From Klebsormidium nitens (lineage: Eukaryota; Plantae; Klebsormidiophyceae), in assembly GCA_000708835.1 (NCBI GenBank), contig DF237197.1, forward strand, positions 60,496 to 124,495: a DNA stretch of 64,000 nucleotides. Direction: 5' to 3'. This document shows, piece after piece, positions 51,301 through 62,600 of the stretch. Every line of letters starts with the position of its first letter. Position 1 is the first letter of the stretch. Made by a program: the position numbers and the translations under genes. A model generated the notes under the pieces. That model was given only the letters and a program-made list of their open reading frames with translations. It searched no databases and was not told the origin of the DNA.

Positions 51301-52365
51301 NNNNNNNNNNNNNNNNNNNNNNNNNNNNNNNNNNNNNNNNNNNNNNNNNNNNNNNNNNNNNNNNNNNNNNNNNNNNNNNNNNNNNNNNNNNNNNNNNNNN
51401 NNNNNNNNNNNNNNNNNNNNNNNNNNNNNNNNNNNNNNNNNNNNNNNNNNNNNNNNNNNNNNNNNNNNNNNNNNNNNNNNNNNNNNNNNNNNNNNNNNNN
51501 NNNNNNNNNNNNNNNNNNNNNNNNNNNNNNNNNNNNNNNNNNNNNNNNNNNNNNNNNNNNNNNNNNNNNNNNNNNNNNNNNNNNNNNNNNNNNNNNNNNN
51601 NNNNNNNNNNNNNNNNNNNNNNNNNNNNNNNNNNNNNNNNNNNNNNNNNNNNNNNNNNNNNNNNNNNNNNNNNNNNNNNNNNNNNNNNAATAACTCGCCG
51701 TCCTTGTTTCCGACAGGCTTTCTTTTCTTTTCAGACATCCTTCTGGCCGAATCTGTGGGCGGATGGCTCTATTCTGTAGGCGAGTGGCTCTGTGACGGCA
51801 AGCGGCTGTTCTGCAAGGGTCTTGATTGTCCAGCATCTTACGTTGAGATAGGACTGGGGTACCGTCTCTTTTCGGCCATTGAGCGAGAAGCCTTGCTCTT
51901 GGATTGAAAGCTTGGAGACCTCTCGCTCAGCTCGCCTTTCATCTTTCGAACTCGAGTGAAAAGTGACATCGACTTGTCTCTCTGCAGGTGGAGGCGGCTC
52001 TGGCGGTGCTGCATGGACTCCCCGTCCACCACCGGGACGTTAAGCCGTCCAACATCCTTCTCTCGCAAGATGACGATCCCCGCAACCGCATCGCCATCCT
52101 CAATGACTTCGGTGAAAGCTGCTGGGGCGACGAGTTTGTGAAGGGTGGCTACTGCAGGCGGCGCTACACGAGCCCAAATGCCGATGCGGGGGGCTTTAGC
52201 ACCCCTGAGGATGACTACATCTCTCTCGGGCTCACTTTTGCCCATTTGCACAACCTGCGAGTGTCAGACCCGTACAGCCCAGCCGGGAAGATGGAGCTGA
52301 TTGGGAAGCTGTGCGGGCTTCATGAGAACTACCGAAAGTGTCTCGGCAGATTTTTGGCAGAGTAA
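45390..52365 (+). CDS. Crinkler-like multidomain protein: coiled-coil header, probable degenerate REase-like domain, C-terminal Ser/Thr kinase
   Basis: Exons 45390-(gap), 46520-46647, 47119-47337, 47822-48037, 48304-48656, 48982-49153, 50371-50622 and 51988-52365 are phase-consistent from exon 2 onward. Kinase motifs: HGPNSVV (G-loop position), YVVK, REVELH, HHRDVKPSN, NDFG. The N-terminus is MDPIEEVKSEIAEVKEQVKAV heptads. The kinase call is strong; the Crinkler/REase call is inference. Confidence 0.65.
45492..45759. other. Assembly gap
   Basis: Run of N inside the first exon/intron of the Crinkler-like gene. Confidence 1.
45833..46026. repeat. ~65-bp direct repeat (period ~131) next to an assembly gap
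   Basis: tgacctgtgcaata...catgcctgc...gcagagtgctggagctttctggt occurs twice. Confidence 0.8.
50787..51688. other. Assembly gap
   Basis: Run of N within the intron that splits the kinase domain. Confidence 1.
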
Positions 52366-54756
52366 GGTCGAGGGCTTCAAGTTCGTCACGACTAATGAGT
52401 GGGCTGATTCTCTAGGTGCTTCGGGCACGTTTGTGTGGAGTCCGTAAATGTGACTAGCGATTTGGAGGTCGATGTTTCCGAGAGGGCGTCTCTGGCAGCG
52501 CCGAAGAAGGGCATTCCGTGTGCCGCGCCTGCCCGGAAAAGGAAGATGCATCTTTTCTTGGCAAGCGGTCTTGAAGGTTTTGTCTGCGTGTAGGAAAACA
52601 AGGACGTCAAACGAATAATGATGGATTGTCCGTCAGGTCAAATGTAAAAGGATTACATTGACGCTTTATGTGCAACCTGTGCCATCTGGTTGCTCTTCTC
52701 ACATAGTTCTCCATGGCCTTTTTGTGAATCATTGGCTGCTTGTTGCGTAAAATATGAACCGGCGATCAACAAAAACATAGAATACTCTAGGCAGATTTAC
52801 TCTCAGCACATCATTCTATAGCGACATTTGCCTGCCACAAAACATGCTTATTGGCATTTGGCAGTTTATGTGAATGAGTAGAGCCGCATGTTACCGTTCA
52901 TGAATAAGATTTGGTTTTGAAACCCTATGTGAATGCTCGGATCATATTGGGTCCCGCAGCAGCATGCATGCGTGTCGAACTTAGACCTTGCACATATCAT
53001 GCTGCATGCAACCTCGTGTTCGCTCTGCCGACGGAGCTCTATCCCCTCCGTTTTGGAAAAGCTTGTGGTCGCAAGTGCAGCAACCCAAATGAAGCTATTC
53101 GGGGCCACTCAGGGGGCGCCATGTCATACCCCCCTCGGCGGTCCGGCCATACCCGGGACATTAGGGTTCGGGTGCCGTCGGCAGTTGGGATTTCAATAAA
53201 CATCCCGGGTGATCTGCCCGACGGCTCTGCCTCGGTGTTCTGTCCCCTCGGTATAAGCTGCGGGCCAGAAGGGTTCGGGCTCGACCTTTCCCACTCACTG
53301 AGCCTAGGCCCGTGGTAATGCTTTTCCGAAAGTTGAGCAACAAGAAGCAAGAAGCATGTCGTGCTGGCAGCAGGGCTGCAACCAGCTGCAAACTTCAATA
53401 ACCAAGGTCTTCAGGTCGAGAGCACTCCCCCTCGTTCACCATCAGCATCAAGGGACAGTGTAGCTAATTTTGACAGCAACTCATGTTCTGTGCTCGGGTG
53501 AAACGAAAGCATGTCACGGGTGGTTGGCATATAGAGCTTGTCAGGATGGCAGAAGGCAATCTAGCAAGAACGCCATCGCTACCAAGTCAGGCCCTGTCGC
53601 CGCTTGGTGCAGCTACTGAATGCTGCTTGTATGGCTGCCATCTGTTCAACTTTACGTTTCTTGAAGGTTCCAGTGTTGAGTCAGCATTCAGGCTTGCTTC
53701 CACTCTGGAAAGTTCCAGGATGAGTCAGCCCTCAGATTTTTTGGGACAGGTGGCACTTTTGGTGGCATAGGTTGGCAAGCGCGGCATGGCGTGGCAGCTG
53801 TTTTTTGCTGCCTGCATAGTTCTAATGGGTCCCCTCTGCTGGTTCTGGATCATTCAAAGAACCCTTCTCTTCAGAGAGCCTTGGCAAAGGACCAGAAGTG
53901 GCTGTCGGAAAGCAGACGACCCCGGCAGACCAGAAAGGCGCACGGCACATGCCAAGGTAAGTTTTCTAGACCATCCTTTTGACACCTCGCAGGCTGACTG
54001 CTGCAGCTCACTTCCAAAGCAAGGGATTGGAACTGGAACCAAACAAACGTCAACCAAACAAGAGTGACCTGTTTGTTTTGCACGCACTGGGTGCGTGCAT
54101 GACAGAATCTTCGTTTGAGGTGCTTTTTTTCACAAAGTGGAGGCAGAGTTTGTGCCCTGCATGCAAGCCCTTTGTAATAAGGAACCAAGTCTGTCTGTAT
54201 ATTCATCGGGGTACTGACTGATGTATATATCTCTTGCTGCATGAACCAGTCAAGCAAGGGATGTATTGTATTGTATTGCATGCAGAACCTGCGTGCTGGG
54301 CTGCAAAGCATGTCATTCAGCTCGTTATCAAAGTTAAGCAGAGCTTGGGCAATATGTCAGGATGTGGCAGATTCTCTGGACTGGTTGCTTCCATTCTCGA
54401 ATTGCAAAGAGCTAGCTTGTACTTCAAATTTGAAACCAAGTCCTCTTCTTGCTTGCAGATTGATTTTAAATCAACTGCATACCTTGCGTGGGAAACAGTC
54501 TGTTACGGCAGGCTGGTGATCATGTGGGGACATTCATGGCAAAACTGCCTTCTTTCACATTGCTTTCATTACTGATTGTCAATCAAGAGTGCGGTCTACT
54601 TTTGCACAGCATCATTGGCATCAGTCAAGAGCATGGTACTTGTTGGTCTGCCTTGCACAGCATCATTGGCGTCATTGGCGTCAGTCAAAACTCACTCTGG
54701 TTCGAATTGGAAAGTATGCTGCCACCCAAAAGGGAACCTTTGACCCAGTCCCTTGT

Positions 54757-56605
54757 TTTTCTGGTCGTGCACTGATCAGCAGGACGTAAGGTGTTAGGGG
54801 CTCCTCTGGCCATGCCACAGTGCTTCAGACTCCAGCGTGGATCTTCCATATGCCTATACGGATTGATAAGCTGTCGGGCTTTGCAGCTGGCTCGGCTTCA
54901 TTGCCCCTGGGAAGGGACTCCAAGAAGGGGGGCAGGCTGGGGCAAGGAGAAGAGGCCATGGCTGTGGAGCCCAATGAAATCGCCTGTGATGCTGAAATTC
55001 GCAGCTGCCAGCACACACACGTACTCAACCAGGTATGTTCTTCTACTTTCAAGGGTGGGTTGCCTGAGGAATTCAAGAGGCCTGGATTGGGAGTAGAATA
55101 GAATGATAACCTGCTTTGTCATGGTCCGCAAACCATGAAAGGGTGTGACGGGCTTTCCTGCCTATGGGGAACCAACTGCAAGCACTGGTCTGTGGCTCAT
55201 GGAGGGTTTTGGCACACAGACGCTCCTATGACTTGCTGGCCGGCAGTGGCATGTCGGGCGTTGGGAGGAGGTGGCAGGCACGCGTGCTTTTTGATACCTC
55301 GTTTGAAAGGGGGCGCTGGTGGACCGATTTAGCACTCACTGTCTTTGGTCGAATATTGCTTGCATGTATAGGGCTTTTGAACATGCTTATGCTGAAGCGT
55401 AACTCATCTCAATTCTCTTTAAATTTGTGTGCGCCTTTGACAATCTGTGCGTCTTACGAGGTTGAATACGCATTAATTGGCCGGTGAAAAACCACCAAAC
55501 ACTATGACAGCTTCTGGGTCAACACTCTGACGCAACAATCCAGGTCCCTTGCTTAAAAGCACTATCAGAGTGAGCATTACTAGCCTGCTCAATGATGCAG
55601 CAATCAGGCGCTCATGTAAGAATTGTACTGCTTTCCCACCCATGTCAACTCCACTCCTGCGCCCTGCAGANNNNNNNNNNNNNNNNNNNNCTTTTCTGGT
55701 CGTGCACTGATCAGCAGGACGTAAGGTGTTAAGGGCTCCTCTGGCCATGCCACAGTGCTTCAGACTCCAGCGTGGATCTTCCATATGCCTATACGGATTG
55801 ATAAGCTGTCGGGCTTTGCAGCTGGCTCGGCTTCATTGCCCCTGGGAAGGGACTCCAAGAAGGGGGGCAGGCTGGGGCAAGGAGAAGAGGCCATGGCTGT
55901 GGAGCCCAATGAAATCGCCTGTGATGCTGAAGTTCGCAGCTGCCAGCACACACACGTACTCAACCAGGTATGTTCTTCTACTTTCAAGGGTGGGTTGCCT
56001 GAGGAATTCAAGAGGCCTGGATTGGGAGTAGAATAGAATGATAACCTGCATTGTCATGGTCCGCAAACCATGAAAGGGTGTGACGGGCTTTCCTGCCTAT
56101 GGAAAACCAATTGCAAGCACTGGTCTGTGGCTCATGGAGGGTTTTGGCACACAGACGCTCCTATGACTTGCTGGCCGGCAGTCACATGTCGGGCGTTGGG
56201 AGGAGGTGGCAGGCACGCGTGCTTTTTGATACCTCGTTTGAAAGGGGGCGCTGGTGGACCGATTTAGCACTCACTGTCTTTGGTCGAATATCGCTTGCAT
56301 GTACAGGGCTTTTGAACATGCTTATGCTGAAGCGTAACTCATCTCAATTCTCTTTAAATTTGTGTGCGCCTTTGACAATCTGTGTGTCTTACGAGGTTGA
56401 ATACGCATTAATTGGCCGGTGAAAAACCACCAAACACTATGACAGCTTCTGGGTCAACACTCTGACGCAACAATCCAGGTCCCTTGCTTAAAAGCACTAT
56501 CAGAGTGAGCATTACTAGCCTGCTCAATGATGCAGCAATCAGGCGCTCATGTAAGAATTCTACTGCTTTCCCACCCATGTCAACTCCACTCCCGCGCCCT
56601 GCAAA
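54757..56605. repeat. Two near-identical ~915-bp copies (offset 935) separated by a 20-N gap
   Basis: 54757-55670 matches 55692-56605 with scattered substitutions (e.g. ggggaccaactgc vs ggaaaaccaattgc; gaaattcgc vs gaagttcgc). Confidence 0.95.
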
Positions 56606-56641
56606 NNNNNNNNNNNNNNNNNNNNTACCCGCCAACCGCAG

Positions 56642-59600
56642 GGACCTGTTCTACATGGCCTCTTCGACCCCAGCTACTTCCACGACTTTCAACGCAGGCT
56701 GAGAGAGGAAGTGGCAACTTCACAGCAGCTCAAAGCAGCCACTAACGACTCAGAGGTGAGTGTGAAGTTGAGTGAATAGTATTTGCGCCAACTTGCCTGG
56801 ATACCGCACTCAAGATTGATGCCGCTGATCTGGACACTATCTGCTAACAGTTCGCTTGCCATGATAGTTGCTGACGTTATAAAGCAGTCCCGAACCCAAA
56901 AGGCACGTCAGAAAGTCGGACACTTTGAACAGGGGGTGTTGGAGAGTGTCTCTCAACTCATCTTGCCATCTTGCCATGATATTTGATGACGTCACGAATC
57001 AGGCCCAAACCCAAAGGCGCGTCAGAAACTCGGACACTGGGACAGGGGTCTTTTAATAGTTGCAGCACCTGTTCTGGAACCAGTAGCGCGCCTCTCATTC
57101 TTTCATCGCTGAATCTGATTTTCAGCAGCACTTATACTCTTGCAGGCGAGCAGCGGCAATGATCGGCAGGCTCCGCGCGTCTTCAGCAAGGACGAGTCGC
57201 AGAAGACGGAGTCGGAAGGGGAGGGCGAGGACATCGAGGAAGCGGAGTTCAAGATCGCAGACGAGACTTCGGACGAGGAGACCTCCCAAGATCGCGCAAT
57301 GATCGACGACGCCCCTCAGGAAGAGGAGAACGAGGTGGTGCGGTGCTGCCGGATGAACGCTGCGATGGAGACAGATTCGGAGGCAGAGGGCTTCTCCCAA
57401 GTGCTGGCGAGGCTCAAGCGGCGCGCACCTGGTGGGGCGACCAGCCCGCTCCAAAGCCGCCGCCGCCGCCGCGTGCTACTCTCATCCTCTGACTCCTCGG
57501 GCGAGGAGGAGGACAGTCCGTCCCAGGGTCGCAGCCAGGCCGTGAGCGTCGAACACCCCCCCGTGCCAAAGGAAGGGGGTGCGCTTGGGACGGATTGCCA
57601 GATGCTAGACGACCTCTCTCCCGAATTGGAGGATGACGGCTGGTCGGACGACCTCCCGCCAGAGCCCGAGGACGACGGCTGGTCAGACTTGTTCGACCTG
57701 AGCCTGGAGGACGACTTCGCCAAATCGTGCGTGATCGTCCCACGTCTGCGCTGGGCCAGCCGCCAGGTGAGCACCCTTTCCCCCTTCCTCTGATTCTCAT
57801 TCGAACACGATCTTAGGTTTTAGATTTTGGGCACTCAGCAAAGGCATCAAGGTCTGATTGCGTGCCCAGAAAGCGAGCGCGCAAATTGGAGGCAAAGTTG
57901 CAGAAGACATAAGAACGTTTTGACAATTCCGTGTACATTGCCATCCAATCGCCGTTTTAAGAGCTGATGTTTGTGTACATAGTCCTTCAATCGCCGAGTT
58001 TACAGCCGATGTACACGAATCCTGAAGGGCGTTTTGAGGTTTTGGAGCATTCAATATTCGGACAGCCCTAGGCAGTTTTGCAGTGATTCTTCGGGATGGC
58101 AAGAGGGCGGAAAGTGTACATACTCGAAGAATCGCCCCTACTTTTGTTGAGCGGCTGGTGTACATCGCTCCCCCTCTCCAGAATGCGTGCTGATGTACAT
58201 GGATGTTCACAGCACGTTTGAAGATTGAGGCGTGGGACCTGCATCCTACAAACTAGTCAAGAACGGGCGCACGAGTTTTCGTTTTCGTTTAGCAGAATTC
58301 ACCTGATTCCGTACACGAAGTGCTCAAGGAAGTCGGAGCTTTTCGTGCTTGCAGTGCTGCTGGGATGTAGGAATAGCAGTCTAACCCCGTATTCCTCACT
58401 TTCTCGCAGACCACAGCTGCCAACGGTGCCCCGACCGCCCTCGACGCGGCCGGGCAAGCCTCGCTGGAGCCGCCTACTTCGCTCTCCGCCCCCATTCCGA
58501 GCGCTGCGGCTGCCCAGAGCGCAATCAGGGCAGCCCAGCAAGAGCAGAACACACCTGCTGCGGCCCAGGGCTTGGGGCGCGCGCCCAACTCCGTCCCTGC
58601 CCCTGCCCGCTCAGCCACGCCTGCTGCCCCAGAGCCGGACGTGGCTGCGCCCCGCTACCCCCCGCCCTCCTCGACCTCCCAGCCACCCCCATCTCCCCCC
58701 ATCGTTTCCAAAGGCAGCGCGGTGCAAGAGACGGTGTCCCCTCGTCAGGTAGGCAGTTAAATAGCTCTGCACCAGTCTAAATGCCTACTGCTAAGTTCAG
58801 ACGTGTGCGATGTTGAAGTCACTTTGGGGATTCTTATGATCGGGGGCAAAGTTGCAAGACCTTTCTCGGTCGAGGGGGCGCCGTGTGCTTCACTGAACAT
58901 TGTAACGGTCGGTGACTTTTTCTGCACTAGTTTGGAAGACCGGTTGATTGTCATCGTACCAGCCGCGCGCGTCAAAGGTAGGATGTAACGGGTGACAACC
59001 TGGTGAGAACCTGGCTTTGACAGTGATTCCAGTACTAGATTGAGGCTTTGGCATATGAACTGATGGTGCAGTTTTGTCACCCGCTCTTGGCCGCGCCCCT
59101 TTTCCAAGAATGTTGTGGTCGATGGAGGAAACACTCTTCACGACAATCTGCACTGGGGTTGAAAGCTCCGACCATGTGATACCCTCTCACAAAGTTGGCT
59201 CGTTGGATGAATCTGGTGATGTGGGCGAGGTGTTTGGTGGTTTTTGGTCTGGATTATCTCTCCTTGCCGCTCTGCCGACGGTTCGATTATGTCTCTGAAA
59301 ACGCAATCCGAAGTTAGCCACGAGGGACGAAGCAAGGGTTTCAGGTGCCCTCTTCAGAGTTTGTGCAAACCGCCCAAGCTGGTAGCCAATCTCACAGATG
59401 TTTCCTTCCTCCACAGGTACCGAGCCCAGCAAACATGGGGGGACCGTCGCGAGTCGACCCCATCTTGGCCGCCGCTCATCACTTTCACACAATGGGTGTG
59501 GCGTCGCTGACGTTCAACATGAAGGTCTGGCTGAACGACAAGGGCGAGGAGAAGAAAGCACCCGCGGGCCTCATGCGGGAGTGGCAAAACAAGTGCGACC

Positions 59601-62600
59601 TCGGAAACTGCCTGCGTGAAGGGGTCCGACCTGGGCGGGGCTGCGTTGCAATCGTGACCGAGCCCTCCGACATCTATGCCCTCGACGTCGACACGAAGGA
59701 CGGCGGTGTTGAGGCCTTTGAGCGGATGCTGGAAGAGCATGGTCCCCTGCCGGACGACACCCCATGGGAGTGGTCGGGGAACAGGCCCGGGAGACACTTC
59801 TTCTTCTCCCTGTCGCAGTCCAAGGCCGCGGGGTTGCTGAGCGGAGCCGGAAGGACTCGTCTGACCTACAAGGGCGTCAAGGTGGGCCTCGACATGCGCG
59901 GCGAAGGAGGGATGCTGTTCGTGGGCCCCAGCAGCTACAAGGGCTCGGACGGCGCGGTCCGGCAGTACGAGTGGGTGCAAGAGATAGCGCCGGATCGGTC
60001 CAACCTCAGGGCCTTGCCCCCGTGGCTGATCGAGATCATCAACGCCAGCGACGTGCCGCAAGCAGCACCAAGGTACAAATTCCCTCTGGCAGTGCTTGCC
60101 GATGAATGCTGGCAAGCAAATGAGCTCTATGAAGAGGGAAAACGAGTACCCCGTGGGAAAACCTGGAAGCGTTCTTGTGCCAATCTTACTTGGTTCAAGG
60201 CTGCTTGGTTTCCAAAGAAAGAGAGCATCGGAGCGAAAGTCCATCATCTCTCGTTCTTTTCCAGTACTTTGCTCGCACTACCCTGATTCGTTGGCAGGTT
60301 GTTGATTGGTAGGTCATTCGGCCAGCTGAGCTGGCCGGCTATTTGATGCCGAGGCCGGCGCCAAACCGCAAGCCCCGGTCTNNNNNNNNNNNNNNNNNNN
60401 NNNNNNNNNNNNNNNNNNNNNNNNNNNNNNNNNNNNNNNNNNNNNNNNNNNNNNNNNNNNNNNNNNNNNNNNNNNNNNNNNNNNNNNNNNNNNNNNNNNN
60501 NNNNNNNNNNNNNNNNNNNNNNNNNNNNNNNNNNNNNNNNNNNNNNNNNNNNNNNNNNNNNNNNNNNNNNNNNNNNNNNNNNNNNNNNNNNNNNNNNNNN
60601 NNNNNNNNNNNNNNNNNNNNNNNNNNNNNNNNNNNNNNNNNNNNNNNNNNNNNNNNNNNNNNNNNNNNNNNNNNNNNNNNNNNNNNNNNNNNNNNNNNNN
60701 NNNNNNNNNNNNNNNNNNNNNNNNNNNNNNNNNNNNNNNNNNNNNNNNNNNNNNNNNNNNNNNNNNNNNNNNNNNNNNNNNNNNNNNNNNNNNNNNNNNN
60801 NNNNNNNNNNNNNNNNNNNNNNNNNNNNNNNNNNNNNNNNNNNNNNNNNNNNNNNNNNNNNNNNNNNNNNNNNNNNNNNNNNNNNNNNNNNNNNNNNNNN
60901 NNNNAGTGCTGTCTTCTTTGTCTCAGTGTCCATATTTCAGCGTACCCTTTTGGGTCCGGGGTTTGGGATGACGTTAGCAGCCAAGCCATTCAACCTGGAA
61001 AAACCGCTGAGGTTGAGAGGCAGGACGGCGTACTGTGTCCAAAAGTCCCGATTTTTTCTGTGAAAGATTCGCCAGCACCGAGTACTGTGTCCGAGTGTCC
61101 GTGTATTTTGCAAACCTTTCTTGTTCGGGAGCTCAGGATGACGTCAGCAGTCCTCCGAGTTGCAACCCGCTATGATTGAGAGCCTGCACTGCGTTCAGTG
61201 TCCAAGTGTCCGACTTCGTGCGAACCTTTTCTGTTCCGAAGCTAGAGATGACGTCAGCAATTATCCCTGGATTCCGCTGTAATTGAGAGCTTGCACCGTG
61301 TATCGTGTCCAAGTATCGCGCGTTTCTATGAACGTTTTGCCGGCTGCTCCCAGCAAGCGCTTCGTGGCGCCGCTCAATCTCCTCGATCAAGGTAAGGTCG
61401 CCTCCAAGAAGTCGGCGCACCTGGTCGGCCCCTTTCCTCCTCAGGTCCGAGGAGCGCCCCTCACCAACAAGCCAAGCAATCTCGATTAGCATGGCAGGGT
61501 CGGCCACCGGCGTCTCCTTGCCTTTTCCATTGATTCGGAGTTTCAAACACCGTGTTTGAAACTCGGGATACGTCTTGGAAAGTTGCTGCCAAGTCACTGC
61601 CAGCACTGCGTTTTGTGTCCAGGTGTCCGAGTTTTTTGCGAACCTTTCTGTTCCGAAGATCAAGTTGACGTCAGCAGTCATCCCAGCTGCAATCCGCTAT
61701 ACCTGCACTGCGTACTGTGTCCAAGTGTCCGAGTTTTTTGCGAACTTTTCTGTTCCGGAGATCAAGATGACGTCAGCAGCCATCCCAGTCATCCCGGCCA
61801 TCCCACCTGACATCCGCTGCAGAAGCATAGGCTTGATTGAATGCACCAGCTTTGCATCCGACAAATTCGTTAAGCCCCAAAAGTGACACTTTTTCTTTGC
61901 GTTGCAGGATCTGGAACGACGGAAAGACCTGGTGGATGTGGGATGGGAAGCGCTTCAAGCAGGCTACTGTCGAGAGGGTCAAGTTCGTCTGCATCCACCA
62001 GCTCAGCACAGTTTATTCTCGACTCCGAGCAGAATTGAAGGAGCAACTAAGCGTAACTACCGACGAGGAGGAGAAGAAGGAGCTAAAGAGAGCTCTTGAC
62101 AAAGTGAGACGATACTACGACGCTGGCGAGATCAGCTCGACCTTGACGATCATGACGGGGGAGATGGCCCTAGATCTGGTTGGGGAGCTGGACTCCAATC
62201 CAGACATCCTCAACGTCCAGAACGGGGTCATAAACCTGCGCACCGGCGAGCTGGACATCCACAGGCCGGAGTACCTGTGCACGAAGCTGGCTGACATCAA
62301 CTACAAGGTGTTTTGTTTGCACGTTGTGGCTTGGTTCTGTCTTCATGCAATTTTCAGGATGGCATATCGTCGAAGTTCTGGTGCAGAAAAGAATCGTGAG
62401 AAAAAAATACTTGTTTGAGTTTCTCTTTCGTCCTTGCGATTGCTCCTTCTCAGGACAAGCATCCGTGCAAGTCACTTGGGGACCAACTTACCAGAAAGAG
62501 TCCAGACGTTTTGTGTTGAGGCTTAGCGCTCTATTTCTTGATTTTCGGTTCAGGTTGGCGTCTTTTCCCTCTAGTGCTAACCATCTTTCTGCCTGGTTTG

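Noticed and set aside
50466-51836. Long ORFs such as 50466-51836, 50755-51738 and 60244-61179
   Set aside because: Their length comes from N runs translated as X.
53118-53160. 5S rRNA-like start (..GCCATACC / TCATACC)
   Set aside because: No downstream 5S internal boxes or 3' stem match.
60921-61790. CRISPR array
   Set aside because: Units are ~105 bp and degenerate with no constant repeat plus unique spacer layout, there are no cas genes, and the context is eukaryotic.
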